Assembly: GCF_004010195.1 (NCBI RefSeq)
Contig: NC_057720.1
Coordinates: 16,881,043 to 16,945,042 of the forward strand
From: Chiloscyllium plagiosum
Lineage: Eukaryota
Length of the DNA stretch: 64,000 bases
Direction of reading: 5' to 3'
Shown here: in pieces, positions 37,951-49,998 of the stretch
How positions within the stretch are numbered: the first letter of the stretch is position 1
Layout of the letters: each line of letters begins with the position of its first letter
Made by a program: the position numbers and the translations under genes
The notes under the pieces: model-generated
What the model was told of the DNA's origin: nothing
Database searches by the model: none
What the model saw: the letters and a program-made list of their open reading frames with translations, nothing else

Positions 37951-38904
37951 CTGCTTGCAGACCAAATATATCCAGAAACACAGCAGTTTCCAGGCTGACA
38001 TCTATGTGGTCATGATCTCAGTACGCCAGCTACAAGAACAGTATAAGGAACAAAGCATATCACTTTTTACTTTGTCTTAACAAAAACCTTAAAGTATTGA
38101 ACACTGTCAGCAGAACAGAATTCTTCAAGATCTTGGGAAAAATTGGCTATCCACCAAAATTCTGCAGTCTCACCTCACCTTCCATGGTATGTCATGAGCC
38201 ATGATTGGAATTTTAAATAAGTTATTGAGTTTAAGACCAGGGTGGTTATGTTGGAATTGCATTTTAAAAAAAAGTCAGGCCACAAATAGAGTTTTTTGTG
38301 TGCAGTTCTGGATTGCACAATACAGGGTAGATCTAATTGCACTGGAGAGTTTACAGAAGAGATGTACCAGGATGTTGCCTGGGCTGGAGTGTTTTAGTTA
38401 TGAAGAGAGATTGGATAGATGCAGGTTATTTTTCTTGGAATGGAGGAGACTGACAACGGGATGGTGATTGAAATGTATTAACGTTTTCAGGAGCATCGAT
38501 GGGAAGAAGCTTATTCCTTTCATCAATGTCAAGTGAACATCAATTTAAGGTAAATGGACAGGAGGATTAGAGGGGATGTGAGGCGGGGGAAAGAAAAGTC
38601 ACCCAGCAGGTGGTGAGAATCTGGAACTCACTGCCTGTAAGGGTAGCAGAGACAGAAACTCGCATAACATTTTAGAAGTATTTAAAGAAGCACTTGGCCT
38701 ACAGTCTTGGTATTACATGTGCTGGAAAATGGGATTAGAATAGTTAGGTGGTTCTTTTTGAGTGATGCAGACTCAATGGGCCAAAGGGTCTTTGACTTTA
38801 TGGAAGGGTGTGCTGGTGATCAAGCCTCATTATTTGTGATAGCTCATGGAATATATAAATAACCCATTGAATCACTAAGATGGTTCATTTACATGGCTTT
38901 AATT

Positions 38905-39505
38905 ATAGAGTCATACTGCACAGAAACTGACGTTTTGGTCCAAACAGTCTATGCTGACCATAATCTCAAACTGGACTAGTCCCATCAGCCTTATTTGGCC
39001 CATAACCCTCCAAACATTTCCTATTAATGTACTTATCTAAATGTCTTTTAAACGTTGTGACTGTAGCTACGTCCACCACTTTCTCTGGATACTCATTCCA
39101 CACGAACTCTGTGTGTAAACATTTTTTAAAAATGCCTCTGATCTCTCATTTAAATCTTTCTCCTTCCACCTTTAAAAATATGGTCCCTAGTTTTGAAATC
39201 CCCCACTCAAGTGAAAATACACTGGCCATTCACCTTACATATGCCTCTCATTATTTTATAATCTCTGTAAGGTCACCTCTCAACCTTCTTTGCTCCAATG
39301 AAAAATGTGCCAGCTTATCCAGCCTCTCCTTATAACTCAAACCTCCATTCCATGCTTCATCCTGGTAAATCTTTTCTGAACCCTCTCTTGCGTATAATAT
39401 CCTTCCTATAACAGGGTGACCAGAACTGGACACAGTACTCTAGACGAGGCCTCACCAACATCCCGTACAACCTCAACCTAACGTCCCAAATCCTATATTC
39501 AAAGG
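38905..39505 (-). mobile_element. CR1 LINE 3' fragment
   Basis: [21 protein letters not shown] and FSLEQRRLRGDL. Confidence 0.85.
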
Positions 39506-39714
39506 TATGCCAGAAATCTGTTATCAAGAACAAAGGAAACTTGCCAGGTTTTGTCAATAAACTATACTAAATTACTTTATCATGAATAACTTTTCCTTCA
39601 AGAGACAATGCACATCTTAAGTACTGCTATATATACTTAAATTACATTTTGTTTAAATATAAGCAAGCACACTTTAATTTTGTGGTGACAAGAGCAGGCC
39701 AGAGGCTAGGAATA

Positions 39715-39932
39715 CAGTTGGTTTTGCTATAACATGTGTTTCGAAAACACGAATTGGCTCTAATGTTATTGAAGAATTTAGACCATTATTGTAAAACGCC
39801 AACTTTCCTTACCTGTATTGGCTATAACGAGACTCCAGTCCCATTGGTTTAAATGGTCCTGCTATTACATGATATTCTTATAATGCGGAATCTCACGGGA
39901 ACAGAACTATTGTGTTATATCATAACAGACTG
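39715..39932. mobile_element. Tigger-like MITE
   Basis: TA flanks with imperfect TIRs CAGTTGGTTTTGCTATAACA / CAGTCTGTTATGATATAACA. Confidence 0.7.
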
Positions 39933-40559
39933 TACTGTGGCAACTAACTCATCACATGACCACAACCACACACCCACATTTTGCCATTGTCTACACGGCA
40001 TAAGTTAGGAGTGGGATAGAAAGCTCTGTGGTCTATCGATTCTGTAAACAAAGTCTAAAAACACATTTAGAGTCCAGGTCATGGAGTTCCTCTCAGTTGA
40101 GTAATGCTGTGCTTGTGGAAATTTAGCTTCAGAGATTTGTGGACTGTCTCTCCCAATCCTGCAATTTGACTAATGTCATTGGACAAGATGTTGCATCCTT
40201 GCCGAGAACATGCTAAATAACACTACTGGAAATGGTCAGCAATTTCTGTTACCTCAGATCTACAGAGGCAAACGATCTTTCACGAGTTGGCGAACTTGCT
40301 ATACAGTCAATTAAAAAAATACATATAGGTTAACAATGAGCTGACTGTTGGGACCAAGCTCAGGATTTACAAGACCTGTGTTCTCAATACTTATTGTATG
40401 GTGGTGAAACATGGTGACTTAGTATTACCACTACAAAACAAAAGCTCAATTATTTCAACTTTTGCTGTCAGTGGCATGTTATGGATATATCCTGGCAGGA
40501 TAAAATCACATAGCATCATTGGCGAAGCTCCCAATTTTGTTGGCACTCATCAGACAGAG

Positions 40560-42370
40560 GGCGAAAATGAGGACTGCAGATGCTGGAGATTAGAGTCGAG
40601 AGTGTGGTGCTGAAAAGGCACAGCAGGTCACGCAGCATCTGAGGAGCAGGAGAATCGACGTTTTGGGCAAAAGCCCTTCATCAGGAAAGAGGCTGTGGGC
40701 CAGGATTGGGGGGGTGGTGGTGAGATAAATGGGAGGGGGGAGGAGTTGGGGGGAAGGTGATAAGGTGGGTGGAAGGCAAAGGAGGAAACTGGTGAAATCC
40801 ACGTGGGGAGTTCCTGGACCAAGTGCCAACTCGAAGACACCTCCTCCTCTGCCCCCTCACCTATGACCTCGCCTCCTATCACCAAATCATCATCTCCCAG
40901 ACCGTACACAACCTCACCTACACAGGGGATCTCCCACCCACAGCTTCCAACCTCATAGTTTGGGAACCCCGTGCTGGCTGGTTCTACCTCCTATCCAAGA
41001 TCCACAAGACCTACTATCCTGTCCGACCCAGCATCTCGGCCTGCTACTACCCCACTGAACTCGTCTCCACATACCTTCATACTGTCCAATCCCCCCAGTG
41101 CAGGAACTCCCCATGTATGTTCGGGAAGCCACCCACACCCTCCATCTCCTCCAAGATTTTACTTGCCCTGGCCCCCAATGCCTCCTCTTCACCATGGACA
41201 TCCAGTCCCTATACACCTCAATCCAGCATGACAAGGGCCTCCAAGCCCTCCACTTCTTCCTGTCCCGACGTCCTCACCAGTACCCTTCCACTGACTCGCT
41301 TTTGTTTTGTTGAACTGGTCCTTACTGTCAATAAGTTCTCCTTTGAATCCTCCCACTTCCTCCAGGTGCAAGAGGTAGCCATGGGCCCCAGCTATGCCTG
41401 TCTCTTTGTCAGTTACATGGAACAGTCTGTCTTCTGCAGTTACACCGGCACCATTCCCCATCTTTTCCTCCGCTACATTGACTCTATTGGCACTACCTCA
41501 TGCTCCCACGAGGAGGTTGAACAGTTCATCAACTTCACCAACACATTCCAACTCGACCTTAAGTTCACTTGGACCATCTGAGACACCTCCCTCCCCTTCC
41601 TGAACCTCTCCATTGCCATCAACAGTGACTGACTCAACATTGAGATCTTCTACAAACCCACCGACTCCCACAGCTACCTGGACTACATCTACTCCCACCC
41701 TGCCTCCTGTAAAAATGTTATCCCTTATTCCCAATTCTTCCATCTCCACCGCATCTGCTCCCAGGAGGGCCAGTTCCACCACAGAACATCCTAGATGGCC
41801 TCCTTTTTTAAAAGACCATAATTTCCCCTCCCACGTGGTGGTTGATGCCCTCCAGTGCATCTCATCCACTTCTCGCATCTCTGCCCTTTAACCCCACCCC
41901 TCCAACCGCAACAAGGACAGAACCCTCCCCGATCCTCACCTTCCACCCCACCAACTTCCATTTACATTTCATCATCCTCTGCCATTTCCGCCACCTAAAA
42001 ATGGACCCCACCACCAGATATATTTCCTTCCCTACCCCTATCCACTATCCATAAAGACCATTCCCTCCATCACTTCCTCGTCAGGTCCATGCCCCACCAA
42101 CCCACCTTCCCCTCCCAGCACCTTCCCCTACCATGCAGGAATTGCAAAACCTGCGTCTACACCTCCTCCCTCACCTCCATCCAAGGTCCCAAAGGAGCTT
42201 TCCACATCCGTCAGATATTTACTTGCACTCCCACACGTCATTTACTGTATCTGTTGCTCCCGATGTGATCTCCTCTTCATTGGGGAGACAGGACGCCTAT
42301 TTGCAAAGCGTTTCAGAGAACATCACCGAGACGCCACCACCCTGTGGCTGAACGCTTCAACTTCCCCCTC
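40560..42370 (+). mobile_element. Penelope-like element (RT + GIY-YIG) with an inverted terminal repeat at the 5' side
   Basis: FYLLSKIHK...PVRPSISAC, LFTMDIQSLYTSI, VAMGPSYACLF, FLRYID and VIYCICCSRCDLLFIGETGR. Inverted terminal repeat at 40560-40820. Confidence 0.92.
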
Positions 42371-42777
42371 GCACTATAGGTAATTTACCACAGCCAATCA
42401 ATTTAATCTGCACATCTTTGAACAGTGGGAGGAAACTGGAGCACCCTACAGAAACCCATGCAGACATGGGGAGAAAGCCACCCAGGGCTGGAACCAAACC
42501 AAAGTTCCTGGTGCTGTGGCACAGCAGTACTAACCATTGTACTACCATGTCATAGAATGAAACACTTCTGCACTTTCTGGGCATGTCAATGACTGATCTA
42601 CAGTCGTTCATCTGTATCTGCGAGAGTTCCATTCCATTCCCTTCAAATAATGAAATTTGACTGCGGAGGTCGTTAAAAATGGGTTAAAAATTAGATTTTT
42701 GACTGCGGCTGTTGATTTTTGGTTTTTGGTGTGGATAGTTGAATTCGTGGTTTCACTGATAGACATAATTTACTATA

Positions 42778-43297
42778 CAGGTAGTTCAATGATTACCTGC
42801 TTTTCAGCAGTGCAATTTGGCTATAACGTGACAAGAATTAGGGAATGGTATTTTGGAGAACACTTAGCTCGGTTGGCAAAAGTATGATTTCAGCAGGGTT
42901 CGGTTCACGTGCTTCATTCTACGCATGCATAGTTCTGCACGTGTGCTGGTGTTCTTGTCGTTCTGCACATGTTCTGGTCTGCATGCCATTCTGCACATGC
43001 ACCGCTGTCAGCTTCCATGAGAGGTACTGTAGAGCGTAGGTTTTTTTTTTACAAATTTTAAATGTATTGTTTTCAATTTACTTTTGTTAATAAACATGAT
43101 TTCAACCTTCATTCAGGCTGTGCTGTACTTTGCATTAGGCTTTTGGGTGATTTATGAGTGATGGTCAGTGATATCTTTTGTTGGTCTACCCCTAACCCTA
43201 CTTTTCGCACAGGCCCCCTTAATATTTATATTAAGCGATTTTCTGTTTTGTGAGGTTTTGCTGGAATGCAACTAAGGTGTTATAGGAGAACTAACTG
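42778..43297. mobile_element. Tigger-like non-autonomous DNA transposon
   Basis: TA flanks with TIRs CAGGTAGTTC... / CAGTTAGTTC..., similar to the 39715 element. Confidence 0.65.
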
Positions 43298-43349
43298 TAC
43301 TTCGCTTTTGTCTTGGGGTTTTTCTGTTGATGATTTAAAATCAGAACAT

Positions 43350-43423
43350 TGCGATGACCGGGAAACAATCCTGGGTCAACTGCTTGGACGGTAGCAATGC
43401 TGACCACTATACCACTATAACCC
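43350..43423 (-). pseudogene. tRNA-Gly(TCC) pseudogene
   Basis: GTGGTATAGTGGTCAGCATTGCTACCGTCCAAGCAGTTGACCCAGGATTGTTTCCCGGTCATCGCA aligns end to end with vertebrate tRNA-Gly-TCC as I recall it. The T-loop/B-box and acceptor stem are damaged. Confidence 0.8.
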
Positions 43424-43464
43424 TGAATCGTTTCATCTGTCATTGAGAACAGTAGGTTTCTCAC

Positions 43465-43752
43465 AGAGTGAAGGTTGGAGTCAAGATTAGAGTGGTGCTG
43501 GAAAAGCACAGCAGGTCAGGCAGCATCCAAGAAGCAGGAAAATCAACGTTTCAGGCAAAAGCCCTTCATCAGCAATGAGGCAGGGAGCCTCCAGGGTGGA
43601 TAGATAAATGGGAGGGGTTGGTGGGGCTGGGGAGAAGGTAGCCAAGAGTACAATAGGTGGATGGGGGTGGGGATGAAGGTGACAGGTCGGAGAGGAGGGT
43701 GGACCAGGTAGGTGGGAAGGAAAATTGGCAAGTAGGACAGGTCATAGAGAGG
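43465..43752 (-). mobile_element. Penelope terminal repeat with hammerhead motif (43545-43572)
   Basis: CTGATGA-A-GGGC/TTTT/GCCT-GAAA-CGTT on the - strand. Confidence 0.8.
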
Positions 43753-46261
43753 CCTATACCGTATTTGGCCATTTCCTTTAAATACTTCTCTTACCAGATC
43801 CATTTTTAGCAAGCCTTGTCATTACAGTGAAGCTATGTTAATGTTCAGCCTATCAAATCCAGGCTAATCACTGCTTTCTTTGCCACGTTATTGACCAGAT
43901 CCAAATTATCTGTCATGTTCATACCCATGGTTCTAATGTTCTAGCTTGCCACTCAGAGTTAGCGTCTTCAACAATCCATTCAAGTACATGGACAATGGCA
44001 GATCAGCACCAACTTTAAGCTGCTCAGTTTTTGAGGTGGATGCTGGCCGACTGTTGGGATATGAACTCTCAGCGACATCCTGTACCATCTGTTCATCATG
44101 TCATTCAAGTTGAGCTTCTCATTCATAACTGCAGTCTTGTTATGTCAACAATCTACACTGAAACTAGAATGCCCTCTTCAGGGTGTAAGCCTGGTAAAGT
44201 TTATGGAGGAAAGTAGCCAAAATGATAAGGATCTCCTCACTTAGTTGCAGACGTTACAGAGAAACTTACCAATTAGACGTATAAGTGGCTCCACTCCAGG
44301 TTTTTTTGCCTGGATTTACTCCCTTAGTCTTGAGGGTCTCCTGAAAGTTCTAGGGGCCATATTTTTAAAGTGAGAGGAGAAAGATTTAAAAGGGACCCGA
44401 GGGCAACGTTTTCATATAGAGGGTGATTTGTGTGTGGAATGAACTGCCAGGGGAAGTGGTAAATGTAGGTACAGTTAGAGCATTTAAAAGACATTTGAAT
44501 AGGTGCATGAATAGGAAAGGTTTAGAGGGATATGGACCAAATGCAGGTAACTGAGGCTAGTTTGGCATGGACAAGTTATGCCAACAAAGCCGTTATCGCC
44601 GAGACCGGGCTTTTGGTTCATGTGTGGCAGGGTATGTCTACACAATAGCGTGCCTGCAGACTACATGTCTGAGGAAAGCTAAATCTCCTTTAAAATTGTC
44701 TGAAGTTTTAAACAGGAACCACAAGGAATTTGTTTTGGTTTGTCATCAATAGAAGATAGTGTTGAGGACTGGTTAATGACAGAGAGACAAAATCAGTTGG
44801 CTGTCCTTTTCTTCCAGCTGGTGGTGTAGACTCAGAGTGAGAAGTGAGCTAGCATACAAAAACAGGAGTCGTTCTAACTTTTTACCCAATGCTAAATAAG
44901 TCACAAAGCATTGTTGAATGCGCAAGAAAACTTCAAAAGGCTGGAAGAGAGAAGTGGAACCATGGGATTTGTTTGAGGTTATTGCAGGGCCATGGGATGG
45001 ATTGGTATTGAAGAAGCTGTTCAGCACATCATTCTTTAAGTGTTGTAAATCTCAGAATCTACAATTGGGTTTGTTTTGGTCCCTGTAAGTGGATAATGTG
45101 CTGTGGTTCTTGAGATGATAACCAGGAGAGTGACCAGGATATACTGTATATTGGAGAACCTAGTTGTGTATAAGATGTATGCATTTGTTTGTTTATTTGG
45201 AGCAATACAGGCTTAAGTTAGCTTGATTTCTTGTCCATTTTGTATGTAAATATGGCTATTCTCAGCCCATGTCCTCAGCTGGACTGAGACTTCTGTCCTC
45301 ATCATCTTGGCTTTTTTTATCTTTGCATTGCCTCTACAGTGACTTGAGAATGTATTTTCCTGTGTGCGTTCAGCTATGTGCAAAAATATGATAAATCAGT
45401 CATCAGAAAGATTAATTCCTCTTTCTTTCTTTTACCTTGTTGGATCTATTGATATGTTTTAATCAATCAAGAGTTTCTCTTCTGAGATAACGTGACTCGA
45501 ACTGGTTTTTACTGCTCCAAGCAAAAGCATAGAGTCATGCTGGTGTTGTCACAAGGGGTTTTATTTAGTGTGTTTGATTAAAAACATCTTTAACAATGAC
45601 TAGATGAAGGCAAGTTTATTTTTTCTAATAACTTGTTTAAGAAGTTCTTTTTCTTTTCTTTGGCTCATGTCCAACATAACTCCTTGCCAATCAAAATCAA
45701 GAGAGGGAATAGGAAGACACCAGTCACGTGTTGCGGTTGTGCAACACTTTTGTTTGTTTTTCTTTTTCCTGATGGAAAACTTCTCATGGGCTTAGAGGTT
45801 TTGGTCCTTTGCCCAAGATATGTGAAGGAGACTTACTGCTGTCCCTTTTTTTTTGAAGGCTGTCTGTTTGTTTTGAGTCTTTTTGGTTTCACAACAAATG
45901 CTGTGATTAGGCGTTTGAGGATATTTGTCTTTGCACCAGGGGAGCATGAGATGTTATACCACTTGATCATTTATACCTTTATAGTTGTGCAACATGTCAC
46001 ACAACCACTGTTTAGGGCAATGCATAAACAAAGCAAGAAAGTATTGCAATTTAGTGCTTTGGTTGTTGAATCAAAGGCAGTACTAGTAAATATAGTATCT
46101 TTGCAGTTGAGTCAAGTTCGCTAAGATTGTTAGATCTAAAGGTCTCACCTAGATTCTTCTAGATTGTTAGCCAGAATAGGTAACATATAGCCAGAATCTT
46201 TGTAACTGTTTGGAAGAAAGTGGCACTTTAGTCTCACCTGGGGAGTGATATGTTCTCAGGA

Positions 46262-46583
46262 TTGATTAGATTAGATTAGATTCCCTACAGTGTGGAAACA
46301 GCCCCTTCGGCCCAACAAGTCCACACTGACACTCCAGAGAGTAACCTACCTAGACCCATTTCCCTCTGACTAATGCACCTAACATTATGGGCAATTTAGC
46401 ATGGCCAATTCACCTGACCTGCACATTTTGGACTGTGGGAAGAAACCGGAGCACGTGGGGGAAACCCGTGCAGACACGGGGAGAATGTGCAAACTCCACT
46501 GACAGTCGTCCGAGGCTGGAATCAAACCTGAGACCCTGGTGCTGTGAGGCAACAGTGCTAACCACTGAGCCACCATGCTGCCC
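46262..46583 (-). mobile_element. HE1-type V-SINE
   Basis: Complete head, V-domain and tail with (CTAAT)n end. Confidence 0.9.
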
Positions 46584-47434
46584 TTGTTGAGGCACTGAAG
46601 AAAGTCAGTCAGCCAATCGAGTCTGCATTGGCTCCCTATGGAGCAATTAGTCAGTCCTATTCCCCCACTCTATCCAAGTACCTCTGCAGTTAGTTCCCTC
46701 AAGCTTTTGTTTTAAAATCATTCCTCATCTTAGCTTCCACATGCAGGCAGTGAATTCCAGATTGTTGCTACTTGCTGTGTGATAACGGTTCATGCTTTCA
46801 TTCCCTCTGCATCCCTTGTCCAGACTCTTAAATCTGGGTCCACTAGTCCTCCTACCATAAGTTACAGGATTTGCTTTTCTTCGTCTACCTTTTCTAAACC
46901 CATCAAAGTCTTGTACACTTATTATCAGAATTTCTCCTCAGTCTTTTGCTCCAAGGAACTAACTCCAGCATCTCCAAACTAATCTTTGTCGGTGAATTCC
47001 CTCGTTCCAGGATCCATTCTGGAAAATCTTTATTTGCACCCTCTGAAGGGCCTTGATATGTTTCCTGAAATGTGATGCCCTGAACTGACCTCTTTATATG
47101 TCCAAAATAACTTTTCTGCTTTTGTACACAATACCTAGTAATAGAATTGGAGTGTGGTGCTGGAAAAGCACAGCCAGTCAGGCAGCATCTGAGGAGAATC
47201 TACGTTTCGAGCATAAGCTCTTCTTCATGTTTTTTTCCAGCACCACACTCTTCGACTCTGATCTCTGGCATCTGCAGTCCTCACTTTCTACCCAGTAATG
47301 AAGCCCCAGATCCATTATGCTTTACGAACTGCACTCTCAATGTGTTCTGCTGCCTTCAGAAATGATGGTCTGTTTTGCCTGTATACTTCTGTCACTTTCT
47401 TCACAATTGCCCTTCTACCAAAGTGTAACACCGA

Positions 47435-48125
47435 TAGTGTCGTAGAACAGAGGTACCGAGGGGTGCATGTGCTTAATGCTTTGAAATTTGTCTCGCATAT
47501 AAACAGGTTAAGAAAGCATGCTTTGGCATGCTTATCTTCATTGCTCAGTCCTTTTGAGTATAGGAGTTGAGGTTGTTCAGGACATGGGTGAGGGCTCTTC
47601 TGGAATACTGTGTCCAGTTCTGGTCACTCAGTTATAGGAAGGATATTATTATGGAAAGGGTTCAGATGAGATTTACCAGGATGTTGCCAGGTATGGGGGA
47701 TTTGAGTTATAAAGAAAGGCTGGATAGGCAGAGACTTTTTTCACTGGCGCGTAGGAAGTTGAGAGGCGATCTGATAGAAGTTTATACCATAATGACAGGT
47801 AGAGGTAGAGTTAATGTAGTTGTCTTTTCCCTAGGATGACGGATTTCAAGACTAGCGGGCATTTTTTAAGATGAGAGTAGAAAGATTTGAAAGACATGAG
47901 AGGCAAAGTTTTTACACAGGGTGGTTTGCGTGTGGAATGAACTTCCTGAAGAAGTAGTGGACGCGGGTGCAATTACAAAGTTTAAAAGACATTTGGATAG
48001 ATAAAAGAAAAGGAAAGGTTTGGAGGGATACTGGTCAGAAGCAAGCTGGTGAGACTAGTTCAGTTTAGGATTATGTTCAGTATGAACTGGTTGGACCGAA
48101 GGGTCTGTTTCCATGCTGTATGACA
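47435..48125 (+). mobile_element. CR1 LINE 3' fragment
   Basis: [17 protein letters not shown]...FSLARRKLRGDLIEVY. Confidence 0.85.
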
Positions 48126-48519
48126 CCTCTGTTTTAAATTTCACCTGCTGACTTTCAGCCCATTCTGCTTGCTTGCATATATTTTGTTCAGTTGATTGGT
48201 ATCATTCTCACCATCAGAGACAATGCTTTGAAACGTTGAGGCGTGACAATTTTTCCAATATACAAGTCAATTATGTTTTTCCAAAAGAAAGGCAGTAGTT
48301 TTGGCATTAACACTTGAAGCATCAGCATCTTCTATCCTCCAGCTTAAAAAGCAACCATTTTAGCACAACTTGCTACCTTATGTCCTGAAGCCAAATTTTT
48401 CCAAGCTTACACTGATCCTTCTAAATCATGAGCCACAGCTTTGTTAACCGGCCTTTTATGTGACAATTTATCCAATATTTTCTTAAAATTCAATTAGTTT
48501 CAAAATAGTCATTGGAAAG

Positions 48520-49998
48520 GATAGAATTGATCAGAAAATTAAAGTTCTAATTGAAGGCCAATTTTGACAATATTAGAGTGGAATTTTGGAAATTTGAGGG
48601 AGAATATTCACAGGTAAAGGGGTGGTTGGGAAGTGGGAGGCCTTTAAAAGTGAGATAACAAAAGTTTATAGACAGAATGTTCCTGCTAGTGTGAAGGACA
48701 AAGCTAGTTCGTGTAGGGAATGCTAGATGAGTACATTATAGCTTTCACTCCACAGCACTCCTCCTTAATTCATTTCAATTCTGTAATAAAGGTTTGAAGT
48801 ATGCATAGTCCCAGATCCATATGGATCTCATTAAGACATTTGAGAAGGTTCCCCATGGAAGACTGGTTAAAGGTTATTCTTGTGGAATACAGGGAGAACT
48901 AGCCATTTGAATACAGAATTGGCTCAAAGGTAGAAGACAGAGGGTGGTGATGAAGGGTTGTTTTTCAGACTGGAGGCCTGTAACCAGTGGAGTGCCTCAA
49001 GCATTGGTGCTGGGTCCATTACTTTTCGTAATATCTATAAATGATTTGGATGTGAACACAGGAGGTATAGTTAGTAAGTTTGCAGATGACACCAAAATTG
49101 GAGTAGTAGTAGACAGCAAAGAAGATTACCTCAGAGTCCAATGGGATCTTGATCAGATATGCCAATGGGCTGAGGAGTGGCAGGTGGAGTTTAATTTAGA
49201 TAAATGCGAGGTGCTGCATTTTGGGAAAGCAAATCTTAGCAGGATTTATACACTTAATGGTAAGGTCCTCGGGAGTGTTGCTGAACAAAGAGACCTTGGA
49301 GTGCAGGTTCATAGCTCCTTGAAAGTGGAGTCGCAGGTAGATAGGATAGTGAAGAAGGCATTTGGTATGCTTTCCTTTATTGGTCAGAGCACAGAGTATA
49401 GGAGTTGGGAGGTCATGTTGCTGCTGTACAGGATGTTGGTTAGGCCACTTTTGAAATATTGTGTGCAATTCTGGTCGACTTCCTATTGGAAAGATGTTGT
49501 GAAACTTGAAAGAGTTCAGAAAAGATTTACAAGGATGTTGCTACAATTGGAGACTTTGAACTATGGGGAGAGGTTGAATAGGCTGTGGCTGTTTTCCCTG
49601 GAGCGTCAGAGGCTGAGGGGTGACCTTATAGAGGTTTATAAAATCATGAGGGACATGGATAGGATAAATAGGCAAAGTCTTTTCCCTGGGGTTGGGGAGT
49701 CCAGAACTAGAAGGCATAGGTTTAGGGTGAGAGGAGAAAGATACAAAAGAGATCTAAGGGACAACATTTTCATGCAGAAGGTGAGGCATGTATGGAATGA
49801 GCTGCCAGAGGAAGTGGTGGAGGCTGGTACAATTGCAACATTTAAAAGGCATCTGGATGGGTATATGAATAGGAAGGGTTTGGAGGGATATGGGTTGGGT
49901 GCTGACAAGTGGGACTAAATTAGGTTGGGATATCTGGTTGGCATGGACAAGTTGCACCAAAGAGTCTGTTTCCATGCTGCACATCTCTATGATGCTAT
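48520..49998 (+). mobile_element. CR1 LINE 3' part with an uninterrupted 324-codon RT C-terminal ORF
   Basis: ORF 48944-49918: SGVPQALVLGPLLF...SKFADDTK...KWD*. Confidence 0.93.

Larger units (their letters stand above)
37985..40555 (+). mobile_element. Old RTE-clade LINE fragments (37985-38190 and ~40200-40555) separated by younger insertions
   Basis: MISVRQLQEQYKEQ...KILGKIGYPPKF and LEMVSNFCYL...TKLRIYKTCVL...LYGGETW. Confidence 0.7.

Noticed and set aside
45633..46124. 163-aa hydrophobic ORF
   Set aside because: It starts at TTG, reflects T-rich composition, and has no recognisable domain.
48944..49918. 324-aa RT ORF as a functional or domesticated gene
   Set aside because: It is only the C-terminal part of CR1 ORF2. 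The upstream part is deleted or frameshifted, consistent with a young dead copy.
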